Assembly: GCA_002269645.1 (NCBI GenBank)
Contig: NIVC01002493.1
Span: forward strand, 1-64,000
Length of the DNA: 64,000 nt
Source: Macrostomum lignano
Lineage: Eukaryota
Direction of reading: 5' to 3'
Part shown: positions 48,288-60,499 of the stretch, in pieces
Position numbering within the stretch: the first letter of the stretch is position 1
Layout of the letters: the number at the start of each line of letters is the position of its first letter
Translations under genes and position numbers: made by a program
The notes under the pieces: generated by a model
Database searches by the model: none
What the model was told of the DNA's origin: nothing
The model's input: the letters and a program-made list of their open reading frames with translations, nothing else

Positions 48288-51200
48288 ATGATGTCAGAAA
48301 ATCTTCTTCAACAGATTCAGTCAAATCTTGCTGATGCAAGATCAAAGTTTAAAGAAGCAACAGAGTCATTAGAAAAGTTACATGGTCAATCCAAAAAGAA
48401 GCTGCAAGATAGAAAGTAAGATATTATTGATAACTCTAGAATTTGAGCCGTTTACTTATTTGTTTTTCATTTTGTGTTCTTTGTTTATTAATATTTAAGT
48501 CATACCTTATCAGGCAAATCTTAATAGGCAAATCTTGGCCATAGTTAGGAAGGTGGCACAGTGTGCGCCGGAACTATTTTGATGGCTTTTGAGCACTGTG
48601 CGGGTGCGCTGTGCGCCGTGAAGAAAAGATTTTGTGCTGCACCAGTGAATTAATAATTCACTGGTAAACAAATTTGAATTTACAGTAGACAAATTTGAAT
48701 TTCATTTATGTATTTTATATCATGATTTACATAATTTAGTACTCTTTGATAGTATAACATTTTATTTTACGAATTATGGAATTAGGCCTGACACTATGTA
48801 TTTTGCAAAGTATAATGAATTGTAACTATATATTTTTTCAGCACCATGCGCCATGTGCGCCGCCAGAGCATTTTCAATTTTTCCTTGTATGCTGTGTGCC
48901 ATAGTCCGGATCATGCTGGACTTATGCCGGAGGAAAAATCCAACATTTTTTGGCACTTATGCCAGACTTACGCCAACCAAAAAAGGTCCCTCTGACTTAC
49001 ACCACCCAAAAAAGGTCACTCACAATTCTTGTGGATAGAATAGAATAGAATAGAATAGATGATTCACAATTAATTGGTGATTAATTAAATTCAGAAGTTG
49101 CAACTGTTTAAAAATCTCACAAGTTGCAAATTCTGAATCAAGAATCAAAATAAGCATCTTGAAGCTAAAAAACGTTTGCTATCCTACAATAGATATTCTG
49201 CTATCTCATGTATATGAACTGCAATATTTTAATGAACTTTGTTTTAATGCTGCTCTTTAACTAACATAATTAACGCAAATGTGTAATGTTCTATAGTGAT
49301 ACATTTAATCGTGAATGATCTCATTTGTGCCAACATTTACGCCACTTGATTTATGCCATGTACTTACGCCAAGCACTTACGCCAAGGCACATTTTGGCCT
49401 ATACTTATGCCAAGCACTTACGCCAGCCTCCGATCCCAAACCAGATTTACACCAGAGATCTCCGGCGTAAACAACATGATCCAGACTATGGGCTATGTGT
49501 GCCAAAGAAAGGTCCAATTTGCGCCGGAAAATTCACCAAAAACTGCCACCTTCCCAGCTATGGAATCTTGGTAGGAAATTATTATGGGACTGTGGACCCC
49601 TTGGGCCCTTGGCCTTGTATATGGCATGAATATGCACCAATTTTTAGGGACCCTTGTATGTATCTTGATTATATACCAAATGCAATAGGGACCCCATAGT
49701 TCAAAAGGTGACATATACTGATATATATTCAAAATTCAAATACAATGGTATTTCCCCATAGTCTAGATCATGATCATCATGGTAGGCATACACTGGAATG
49801 AAATTTATGCCAAGAATAAAGTTGCTTGTATGCCAACTTTTATTCAATATCTTTACTAGTTCTACTTATTTGTAGGATCCAGAGATTCACTGATAAAAGA
49901 GCAGTGGCCCGCAGCATTTTATTATAAATAGAATAACTAAATAATGATTAGAGGTCTCATAGTCTCATAGACTTTCAAGTCTCAATCTCAATTTGATAGA
50001 CAATCATATAACAAAAATGAAAAAATAAAACAAAATATGATATTCAATCTAACAAAACATTTGCAAGATTGCAAAAAATCAAAATTTATTTTTTAATTTT
50101 AATTTTTTTTGTAAAATATTATTTTCTTGTCATTCAACTTTCATCAAAATTTTCATTTTTTATTTTTTTAAAACTACAAAAAATTACAAGCAAAATAATG
50201 TATTGGTATAAAATATAATATAAGACATAATAAAAGATTATTAAATTACTTGATAAAATAAGTGACTGCAGTGAATAAGTAATTCCCTCTGCTCTCTGCA
50301 GTAATCAAGCTTAATAATCTGTACTGATATGCATAGAAATTTAAAAAATACTTTAAAATTACTTGCATTTTTATTCAATCTAAAAAATTCAATACTTTTT
50401 GTACCTGTATATAGAAATATTTGAAATCATTAAGTGCAAAAATGACTTGAAAAAGTAATTAATAAATAACAAACTGAGACATCTACAATTTATGCACTTT
50501 GATAAAAATATATTCATGTTCTACTATCATTTGCTGTTTGAAAAGATATATCAAATTGCTTCCTCAACTGTAGAAAACAAATTCAAATTTCTTGGTAAAA
50601 CTCATAACCAAAATCAGATAAAAAAGAAATTCAAAGGACAAGTTTTTTCATTGATAAATTATCTTTAGTTTGACACAAAACAAAAATTGGTCAATGTACT
50701 AAGAAGCTTGAGCAAACATTCTAGGAACTTTTGGGACACCCCTCATATTTTACAAATTGATTAACATTTTTATAAGACAATTGGGAAACAGCAACAAATT
50801 TGATTAATAGCAATTTTTATGTTATGCATTTAAAAAAATATCTTTAAAAAATATTTATAAAAATAAAAGTGTAGAACTAGCTCTATTAAAACAATCAATA
50901 ATTGACATTTGAATATATAATATACAATTTACCAATGTGAATGTATATATTATTAAGGTAAATTTGATCTTTTTGACTTTTGATAACTAATAATATCAGT
51001 TAGACATTAAAAATCATTTTTTTGCAGATAAAAGCATGATATTGTTAGTATATGTACATTTTTTAAGTTACTAAAATTAAGACATAGCTAAGTAGGCTAG
51101 CATAAGTGCTTTCATGTGCTGGCAGTCCTGGCTGAATTTTATGTCATTTGGGGCTTAATTTGAAACTTGGCTTGGGTCTAATTGTGTAATTAATAGCATC

Positions 51201-54051
51201 TGAAGGCTAACCCCTAAAGTATAATGAAGTGTACTTAATGACAAATAAAGTAGGAGGCACTGTACACTTTTTATGAGTGTGTGTGTCTGTGTCCATGGCT
51301 ACATACATATCTGAGTACTTGTGTGCTTACTCTGGGGATTTGCAGAATGGGCAGCAATTCCTCTTGCTAGTTGTGTGAACTTGTCACTTAAAGTATGCCA
51401 GGGTATGCACTGGCTCCTGTTTCTTAAAATGTTACTGAAGCTCTCTGAGTTTATATCTAGTTTTGTCACTTATTGTGGGTTTCAAAAAATCCTAAGTTGT
51501 GTTTTAGTTTATACATTTTTAGTATATTCATAAATCATTCCATTAGAATTTAGCATTTTAAATATATTAATTTTTTTATAATTTTTACATTGACTTATAC
51601 TCGTATTTCATTGTTTCATAAACTAAGTTGAACATTAAAGCTTCGGAGACTTGAATATTAATGTTTTGAGTTTTACTTTTAAATTTTGAATGTTTTTTTA
51701 CTAATTTCTTATTTATTTTTTCCCATTTCATATAAACTTTTCATTGTAAATATAGCTGGTTATATTGGATTTATACTGTTAATTTATTCATGTTTTTCAC
51801 CACAACAGGCGCGGCGCAGCTATTCATGATTCAGAGAATGGCACTGGAGCAATCGATGCATCGGGTATACCTGCTAAACGTGCCTATGGAGCCGGTCACA
51901 CTGCTGGCAGCGTATTTCAGCGTGTTGCTGTGCCTTCGAATAGGCAGGAATATGTGAGCAATGAAAATATTTATTGCACTGGTATATACTGTATACTGTA
52001 TTATAGGAACTGTAATGAATTACTTATTGTATCAGATTTGGCGCCAAAATCAACTATTGTATCAGATTTGGCGCCAAAATCAACAATTGTATCAGATTTG
52101 GCGCCAAAATTAACTATTGTATCACATCTGGCGCCAAAATCAACTATTGTATCAGATTTGGCGCCAAAATCAACTATTGTATCAGATTTGGCGCCAAAAT
52201 TAACTATTGTATCAGATCTGGCGCCAAAATCAACTATTGTATCACATCTGGCGCCAAAATCAACTATTGTATCAGATTTGGCGCCAAAATTAACTATTGT
52301 ATCAGATTTGGCGCCAAAATCAACTATTGTATCAGATCTGGCGCCAAAATTAACTATTGTATCAGATTTGGCGCCAAAATCAACAATTGTATCAGATTTG
52401 GCGCCAAAATCAACAATTGTATCAGATTTGGCGCCAAAATCAACAATTGTATCAAATTTAGCGCCAAAAACAACTATTGTATCAGATTTGGCGCCAAAAT
52501 CAGCTACTGCATCAGAAATGGCGCCAAAATAAGCTACTGCATCAGAGATGGCGCCAAAATCAGCTGCTGTATTAGAGTTGGCGCCAAAATCAGCTACTGT
52601 ATTAGAGTTGGCTTCAAACCAGGCGTACTGCAGTGTAAAAGTACTTACCTATTATATTATAATTAAGTATATTTGCAAGCTCTTATCTATTAATAACTTT
52701 TTCTACTGAACAGAGTCGCCCAGCAGCAGCAGCAGCAACAGCATCAGTTCCCCTAGAAGAATTTCAACGCGCCCGCCGAGCCGCCATCAAAGAGCAGACG
52801 GCCTCCGAGGATAACGAAATCAAAGCTAGAAATCGACGCATGTTCGGCGTTATGCTGGGCACGTTGAAACAGTTCACCGCGGCAGAGCGGGATCGGGAAC
52901 GTCAGGAGAGCTACCAGCATAGGCGAGAGGTGGAGCAGCGAATCGAGGAGAGCGTCAAACGCGAGCAGGAGCAGATGCAGCGCGATATAACCGAGCTGGC
53001 TCGCGAGAAAAAGCGTCGACAAGCTGAGATTGTGGCTTTGGAGACTCAGGTGCATTTTTTTGCGTTTCCTACCTGCATTGAATCTTTCATCTTCCGAACT
53101 TGCGTTCTTGACCTTGAATGGCCCGGCTTTGTCTCTTGACCTTAAACAGACCCCGCAATAGTTCTTTAGCTCGACTTTTCTCCTGGTTTGTTGACTTCGA
53201 ATTGGAACCTCATTTGGTTCTTGTCCTCAGTTGACCCCTTGGTTCTTGACCTCAGTTGACCCCTTGGTTCTTGACCTCAATTGACCCCTTGTTGTTTCTT
53301 GCCTTCAGTTGACCTCTTGCTGTTTCTTGACCTCAATTGACCTCTTGTTGTTTCTTGACCTCAATTGACCTCTGGGTTTTTGACATCAGATGATCCTTAT
53401 CAGTATTTTACCTCATTTGACCCCTTGTTGCTACTTGACCTCACTTGATTTCTTGTTGTTTCTTAACCTAAATTTGCTCCTCCTTGGTTCCGACCAAATT
53501 GAGCCATAGTTACTTCTTGACCTTCAGGTACCCTTACACGTTTATTCTAGATTTCTAGCCTGCGTGATTGACTCAAATTCAAGCATCGCTTCCCCACCCC
53601 CGTGCAGATGCAACTAGTCGAAACGCAAAACGCTTGGCGCCGTTCAACTGAGCAACTGCGCGGCTCGATTCGAACCCTGGCCGACTCGCATCCCTATCGG
53701 CTCTATTATCGACCGCGCCAATTCTGCGATCGCGCCAGGCGCCGTCGCGAGCTTAGCGCCAGACAGATTGACGCCGAAATTGCCGACCGAGATCGCCAGC
53801 TGCGTGAGGATGTCGAACGGGCCCTGAAGGAAGCGGAAGCTGCCGGCGAGAAAGTGGCGCTTGCCACTGGAAAAGAGGAAGAAGAAGGCGTTGTTAAAGA
53901 GGCCAACCAATCAAAGCCGGAGCCGGTTAAGCGTCTGTTGTCTTCTGTTGCTGTTGTTCCACAGCAGCAGCAGCAGCAGCAGCAACAGGCTGCAGCAGAC
54001 TCTGCGGAGAAGCCCTCGGGCAGCAGGCACAACTCCAACAGTCCATCGTAA
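48288..54051 (+). CDS. PNN: Pinin (Pinin/SDK/memA), 4 exons
   Basis: Exons 48288-48415 (MMSENLLQQIQSNLADARSKFKEATESLEKLHG, like the pinin N-terminal coiled coil), 51809-51953, 52714-53049 (KARNRRMFGVMLGTLKQF signature) and 53608-54051 (IRT...YRLYYRPR). Phases are compatible. Confidence 0.9.
52025..52605. repeat. 30-bp minisatellite in PNN intron 2 (ATTGTATCAGATTTGGCGCCAAAATCAACT)
   Basis: About 19 units. Confidence 0.97.
53215..53530. repeat. Degenerate about 22-bp repeat in PNN intron 3 (CTTGACCTCAGTTGACCCCTTGGTT-like)
   Basis: Tandem, diverged units. Confidence 0.8.
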
Positions 54052-54076
54052 TAATTTGAAATTAGTTTGTGCTCAG

Positions 54077-54634
54077 TATCGCTTTTGACGCTCTAGATGG
54101 GACTTTAGACATTCAAAATGGGACTGCATAGGATCGCAAGCAAGGCCAGGCTAGCCACGGCCAGAGCAGGCCCAGTCTTGGCTGCAGGGATGGCTTGGCC
54201 ATAGACTAAAAAAATTGAATATCAAAATGAGAATAAGACGCTCAATATGAGACCGGGAGTGAACGTAATTTATTTGCTTTTTGGCAGTCACCATACAAAC
54301 AGCTAAGGAGAAATTAGGCAATTTCTGACGGTCTGCTGCAGGAATCGATGGTGCCATCACAGTGAAATCCAAGGGGTCAGATGCAACCCAAGGGGTGAAG
54401 AAGGAGAGCTGGCTGAGGGTCAGAGGGTTAGAGCGATATCTGAAGGCTTTCACACTCAGTCTCATATTGAGCGTCTTATCCTCATTTTGATATTTCATTT
54501 TTTAGTCTATGGCCAGGCCATCCCTGCGGCCGGGACTGGGCGTGCTCTGGCCGTGGCTAGCCTGGCCTTGCTTGCGATCCTATGCAGTCTTATTTTGAAT
54601 GTCTGAAGTCTTGTCTAGAGCGTCAAAAGCGATA
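54077..54634. mobile_element. Long-TIR MITE / foldback element
   Basis: About 177-bp inverted arms at 54077-54253 and 54459-54634 (TATCGCTTTTGACGCTCTAGA...CTCAATATGAGAC) with a 205-bp spacer. The outer TA could be a target-site duplication. Confidence 0.85.
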
Positions 54635-55369
54635 AATTACTTCAAGTGGTTTTTTCTGCAGCCTTTGTACTGATCTATAATTTATAGTGTTAATTAGGAC
54701 AAAACAATTAAACTTGTTTGGTAACTAGATGACTAAGACGGGTTGGGCCATAGACGGCTCGCGAATTTTCCGACTGATTTAAACTCTATGGCTCACCGCA
54801 TCCGTGAAAATTGGCTTTCCTGAACACGGTTAGAAAGTGGGGGCCGATGTGCATTGTAAATTGTGTCTTAGTGATTATTGTCTCTGTAATACTAATAGTA
54901 CATGTATATATAATGCCAGTATAAGTTTTTAATTGAAGACCACTTTTTTGCCCCGAGGTTCTCTCAAGCTAAGCATTCAGTAGAATTACTAGTAAAAATG
55001 CAGGTTTGGCCCATAGACATGGTCTTGAAAAGCCGTACTAAAAGTAGTACAAAGTGCTTTTGTGCCATTTGATGTTGTTTGTGTTGGTAGTACTTTTCTC
55101 GACGTTTAATTGAAATCTTCTTTTGTACCGTTGCTTCTGCTGCTGCTGCTGCTGCTGCTTCTAAAGCAACCATGAGGGTGTAAACTTTTCCTAAATTCAA
55201 TCGCTTAAGTTATGAGTTGATTTGCTTAAGCCATGCCAATATAATGTTCAATTCAAGTATAATTTGTTTAGTATTTTTCTGTTTTTCATTTGTTTTATGG
55301 TTGAGAATACTTAGATAGAAAGTTGTCGAGGTCAAAAAAGAAAAAATTTAATGTACGATGATGCAATGT

Positions 55370-55795
55370 GAGATTAGGGAGAGACGGGGGTGAGATTACG
55401 AAGAGACGGGGTGAGATTAAGGAGAGAACGGGGATGAGATTAGGGAGAGATGGGGATGAGATTAGGGAGAGACGGGGATGAGATTAGGGAGAGACGGGAG
55501 TAAGATTAGGGAGAGACGGGGTGAGATTAGGGAGAGACGGGGATGAGATTAGGGAGAGACAGGGATGAGATTAGGGAGAGACAGGGATGAGATTAGGGAG
55601 AGACAGGGATGAGATTAGGGAGAGACAGGAATGAGATTAGAGAGAGACAGGGGTGAGATTATTGAGAGTCTGGGTGAGAGTAGTAAGAGACTGGGGTAAG
55701 ATTAATAAGAGAGACAGGAGTGAGATTGGTAAGAAACAGGGGTGAGATTAGTAAGAGACAGGGGTGAGAATAGTAAGAGACAGCAGTGAAATCAG
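55370..55795. repeat. 21-22 bp minisatellite (GAGATTAGGGAGAGACGGGGAT)
   Basis: Located between PNN and TBCC. Confidence 0.93.
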
Positions 55796-55893
55796 AGAGA
55801 TACATACAAGGGTGAGATAAGAGCTATCAGCTACTACAATGATTTCACAATGAAACACATTGAACTTTTTGCACTTCTCATGCCCAACAAATA

Positions 55894-57158
55894 ATGTCGA
55901 CACCATCGACTTCAACGACGGACTCTCGTCTGGCCGAGATGACGGCCAAGATGACGGCTCGGGAAGCTGAAATTCGTCGACGTATTGAAGAGCTTCGAGC
56001 TTGCAGGGCTGAGGGCAAGTCCGAGGCTGAGCAGTACACTGCGTTTGAGGCGGCCTTTGACGCGGAAAGATTGGCCATTGTAGAAGACATGGAAGCTCTG
56101 GAGTCAGTTAAAACTGCTGCGATTAGTACGGTTGAGATTAATAACAGTTTAGCCGCTATTAACGACAAAATCGCTTGTCTGCAGCGGTACCACTCGGATT
56201 CTGTTGGCTTTTTACCGGCTTACGTGTCAGCGTCTGCCAAGGCGAAGGTTGAAGAGTTGGCTAATAAATTGGCTGATTTGAGGTGAGACTAGTTGACACA
56301 CCTGTCCTCATTCAGAGTGGCATTATTCAGGATATGTTCAGGACTAATTGACACACCTGTCCTCATTCAGAGTGGCATTATTCAGGACATGCTCAGGACT
56401 AATTGACACACCTGTCCTCATTCAGAGTGGCATTATTCAGGACATGCTCAGGACTAATTGACACACCTGTCCTCATTCAGAGTGGCATTATTCAGGATAT
56501 GCTCAGGATTAATTTAACACACCTGTCTTCTTTCAGAGAGCGAGTTGTCCCAAAAAAGAAATTTGCATTCAGCTCGGCTGCATCTTCGAATCGCAACCCA
56601 AAGCAGCAACAGCCGCAGCAGCAGCCGCAGAAGCAGCAACAACAAACACAACAACCAAAAGTTGAGCCAACTTTGCACAATCTGACAGGAAAAACAGTTG
56701 TTCTATCAGACGAATCAGTCGCTAACAAGGACATCTTACTAAGCGACCTGGCCGATTGCACTATTAAAGTCCTTAGCCACCCTGCTACATTGCATTTGAA
56801 CGGCCTTACCAATTGCACAATACTGTGCGGCCCAGTGCATCGGTCAGTGCTAATTGAGAAATGCACCGATTTCACTCTGGTTGTTGCCTGCCATCAGCTT
56901 AGATTGCACTGCAGTACCAGGTGTAAATTGTATTTGCACGTCACTTCTACTCCAATTATTGAGTACAGCAATGATGTACTGATCGCGCCGTACAATTTCA
57001 ATTACGCTAATCTGTCAGATCACGTGACCCTGTCTGGTCTCAACTGGCATCGCAATCAGTGGGATCAAGTACAGGATTTCAATCACCTGGCTGGTCACGT
57101 GGCCTCGCCTAACTGGTCAATTATGCCCGAGGCTGACCGGCTTAACTGGGAAGAATAA
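55894..57158 (+). CDS. TBCC: Tubulin-specific chaperone C, 2 exons
   Basis: Exons 55894-56282 (helical N-domain) and 56537-57158 (VVPKKKFAF; C-CAP/cofactor C domain CGPVHRSVLIEKC..ACHQLRLH..PIIE..NQWDQVQDFN..SPNWS). Phase-2 GT-AG intron. AATAAA at 57423. Confidence 0.94.
56288..56536. repeat. 55-bp tandem repeat forming the TBCC intron
   Basis: TTCAG ends at 56315, 56370, 56425, 56480 and 56536. Confidence 0.96.
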
Positions 57159-57689
57159 TACCCCGATCATAAATTGACTGTTTAGTAAAGGTCAATCAAG
57201 ACATACCGCAGAAGGAAGGCTCCACCTTTAACGGAATCCCTATTAGTGAAGTATATATTTTTTCTTTCTGTTGCCACTTTATGCTTGTAGACTTATACAC
57301 AAAATTGCCTCATTTAAAAAAAGGTAGACTTACTCATAGTAGTACGGCAACATTTCAAGCAGTGCTTATTAATGCTAACATAACCGTGTGTTTTGCTTGT
57401 TTTCTGAACATTTATGCAGATAAATAAATGTTGAATTTTTGCTTTGTAACTTTTTAAAATGTCTTTTCATTTTTTTCAATTTTTCTTTGGAATACCTGTC
57501 TATTTAAAGTCTTAAAGAATCTTCAGTTTTTATTGTCCTAATTAAAATTTCGAATCAGCCCAGAGCTAAACTACTTACTAAGCTTCCTATCATCAGTAAC
57601 CAATAAGAGTTTTAAGCTCATTTTATTCTGGCAACAGGCAATTCAACGTTTATGTTTGTACTCCTCAAAGTTTATTGAGCGTTTAAAAA

Positions 57690-58110
57690 TCGTACTTCAA
57701 ACGTCCTCAAGAATCGTACAAACGTCCCTTAATAATCACACTTCAAACGTCCTCAAGAATCACAGGCCTTAGTAATCGTGCTTTAAGCGTCCTTAGGAAT
57801 CATGCTTTAAACATCCTCAGGAATCATGCTTTAAACGTCCTTAGGAATCATGCTTTAAACGTCCTTAGGAATCATGCTTTAAACGTCCTTAGGAATCATG
57901 CTTTAAACGTCCTTAGGAATCATGCTTTAAACGTCCTTAGGAATCATGCTTTACACGTCCTTAGGAATCATGCTTTAAACATCCTTAGGAATCATGCTTT
58001 AAGCGTCCTTAGGAATCATGCTTTAAAAGTTTTCATGAATCCTACTTTAAACATCCCCAAGAATCGTACGTCAAGCGTTCTCAAGAATCGTGCTTTGAAC
58101 GTCCTTAAAA
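57690..58110. repeat. 24-bp minisatellite (TTAGGAATCATGCTTTAAACGTCC)
   Basis: Located between TBCC and TMEM179. Confidence 0.93.
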
Positions 58111-58208
58111 ATCGTCCTATTAGTTGTCCTTAAAGAAGATTTCGCCCATTGCAGTTAGAAGTTGGAAAAGACTATTAATTTGGCTATCATAAAGCAACGC
58201 AAATCAAC

Positions 58209-60398
58209 ATGGCTCTTGGGGACCTGTTTCAAATTGGCAAAGCCGGCCTGCAATCCGCATTAATTGTCAGTTCACTGTGCATAATTGTGCCAATGGCTAT
58301 CAGTGTTGCCGACTTCAATGGACATTGTCCGCTATTCTCTAGAGCACATTGGAGCGCTAACGCCACCGGTCCGTATGATCATCACTTTCTAGTGGTTAAC
58401 GAATGGGGCCTGCAGTCTCATTGCACTTTCGGCGTGTTTATTGGCTGCGCCCAGCTATTGGTGTCACTGTTCTACGCATTTTTCATAGGCGTGCATCTCT
58501 ACTTGCAACGAGAAGCGTGAGTAGTATTGTCGCATAATTCAAGTCTTGCAAATAGTCGTTTTATAAGAGTCAATAATGCTCATATTGAATAATAGGTCAT
58601 TTCTAACGGTATTCTTTGGCGTACAAGTGAGCTCATTCTTTACTATCTCATTGGCAATGGAAGCAGCTATTGTTACTGGCGGCCTGTTCCAATGGTGCCT
58701 GCTTATGAGTGATGTGTTTGAGTAAGTATTGCTAATTTACTATTCAAATTGTTGTCTTAATCAGCAGTCTCTTTCAGCACCAAGAATACTGTGTGCTCTG
58801 GCACCCCTGACACCCAATAACTGATACATGTACCCAATAACTGCAGCCACTGACACCCAATAACTGTCACCCCTGACACCCAATAACTGTCACCCCTGAC
58901 ACCCAATAACTGTCACCCCTGACACCCAATAACTGCTGCCTTTGACACCCCATAACTGCTGCCCCTGACACCCAATAACTGCTGCCCCTGACACCCAATA
59001 ACTGCTGCCCCTGACACCCAATAACTGCTGCCCCTGACACCCAATAACTGATACCCAATAACTGCTGCCACTGACACCCAATAACTGTCACCCCTGACAC
59101 CCAATAACTGTCACCCCTGACACCCAATAACTGCTGCCTCTGACACCCAATAACTGCTGCCTTTGACACCCCATAACTGCTGCCCCTGACACCCAATAAC
59201 TGCTGCCTCTGACACCCAATAACTGCTGCCTTTGACACTCCATAACTGCTGCCCCTGACACCCCATAACTGCTGCCCCTGACACCCAATAACTGCTGCCC
59301 CTGACACCGAATAACTGATACCCAATAACTGCTGCCACTGACACCCAATAACTGTCACCCCTGACACCCAATAACTGCTGCCTCTGACACCCAATAACTG
59401 CTGCCCCTGACACCCAATAACTGCTGCCTTTGACACCCTATAACTGCTGCCCCTGACACCCCATAACTGCTGCCCCTGACACCCCATAACTGCTGCCCCT
59501 GACACCCAATAACTGCTGCCTCTGACACCCAATAACTGCTGCCCCTGACACCCAATAACTGCTGCCTTTGACACCCCATAACTGCTGCCCCTGACACCCC
59601 ATAACTGCTGCCCCTGACACCCAATAACTTCTGCCCCTGACACCCAATAACTGCTGCCCCTGACACCCCTTAACTGTCACCCCTGACACCCCATAAAACT
59701 AAATCTGTATATACCATAACTTAATATTCATTTCTCACTGACTGGCAGGTACGGCTGTGAACAGGCCCAGTTTGGTGACGTGCTATCCAATTATCCGGAC
59801 ATCAATTCCGGTAGATTTCTGTTCACCTTTGGCGCCGCTAAGGTGAGAGAGAAGTTCCGTGGGTATATATGCGACTGATGGTCACATAATAGTATAATAA
59901 TAATTGATTACACCTGTCCCAATGGGCATGGGCGCGGCGCATCTGAAGGCTGCGTACGGCTGTTCAGTCCAAGGACTGGGGGGTCGCCACACACCCTCAA
60001 TTACCCCAGCTAATGCTGGCACCCATTTTACAGCTGAGTGAACTGGAGCATTGCAGAGAATTAGGTGTCTTGCTCAAGGACACAAATTGTTCCAAGTGGG
60101 TCAAGAATCGAACCCCCGACCTTTCAGTCGTGAGTCGGACACTCTAACCACTAGGCTACCACTAGGTATTTAACAATAGAATACCCTGCGTATGTATGAG
60201 CACTGGAATACTGGTACACCCTTCATACTGCAGATTGGTTTATGGTTCAGCTTCCTAGTGTGGTTCCTGGACCTGCTGCTAATGCTATTACAGCTGCTCC
60301 GGTTGCACAGACGCGAGCGGCTCCTTGTCAGCTTGAGACGTGAGGCTCGCATGCTTCGCAATAGGCTGCACCGCGATCCAGACTATGTTAATATCTGA
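58209..60398 (+). CDS. TMEM179: Transmembrane protein 179 family, 4 exons
   Basis: Exons 58209-58516 (DFNGHCPLF..W..C.F), 58596-58721 (GGLFQWC), 59749-59842 (GCEQAQ..FLFTFGAAK) and 60234-60398 (IGLWFSFLVW..LLVSLRRE). Four TM segments; phases are compatible. Confidence 0.87.
58800..59695. repeat. 23-bp minisatellite in TMEM179 intron 2 (CTGACACCCAATAACTGCTGCCC)
   Basis: Tandem units. Confidence 0.97.
59890..60160 (-). mobile_element. tRNA-derived SINE with CORE-like central domain, in TMEM179 intron 3
   Basis: Minus strand: GGTAGCCTAGTGGTTAGAG (A box), GGTTCGATTC (B box), then TGTGTCCTTGAGCAAGACACCTAA...CTCAGCTGTAAAATGGGT (CORE-like), then an (ATT)n-like tail. Confidence 0.78.
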
Positions 60399-60499
60399 GA
60401 CATGGTCATGATATCTGCGTATCGGGCGGTCATTTCTGAGCCTTTTATGTTGCTTTTTGTGTCTCAGTTTATAGGGAAATCTGCTGAAGTGGCTTGAAG

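Noticed and set aside
48940-49575. Cluster of TTACGCCA/TTATGCCA motifs in PNN intron 1, as a transposon remnant
   Set aside because: The motifs are real, but no paired termini or TSD could be defined.
12345-52605. CRISPR-like appearance of arrays with conserved cores
   Set aside because: Spacers are repeated rather than unique, the DNA is eukaryotic, and no cas genes are present.
54964-55200. Minus-strand ORF with a poly-Ala run
   Set aside because: Produced by a short (GCT)n microsatellite, with no homology.
55370-55795. Interstitial telomere (TTAGGG in each unit)
   Set aside because: Only one hexamer per 21-22 bp unit, not a tandem TTAGGG run.
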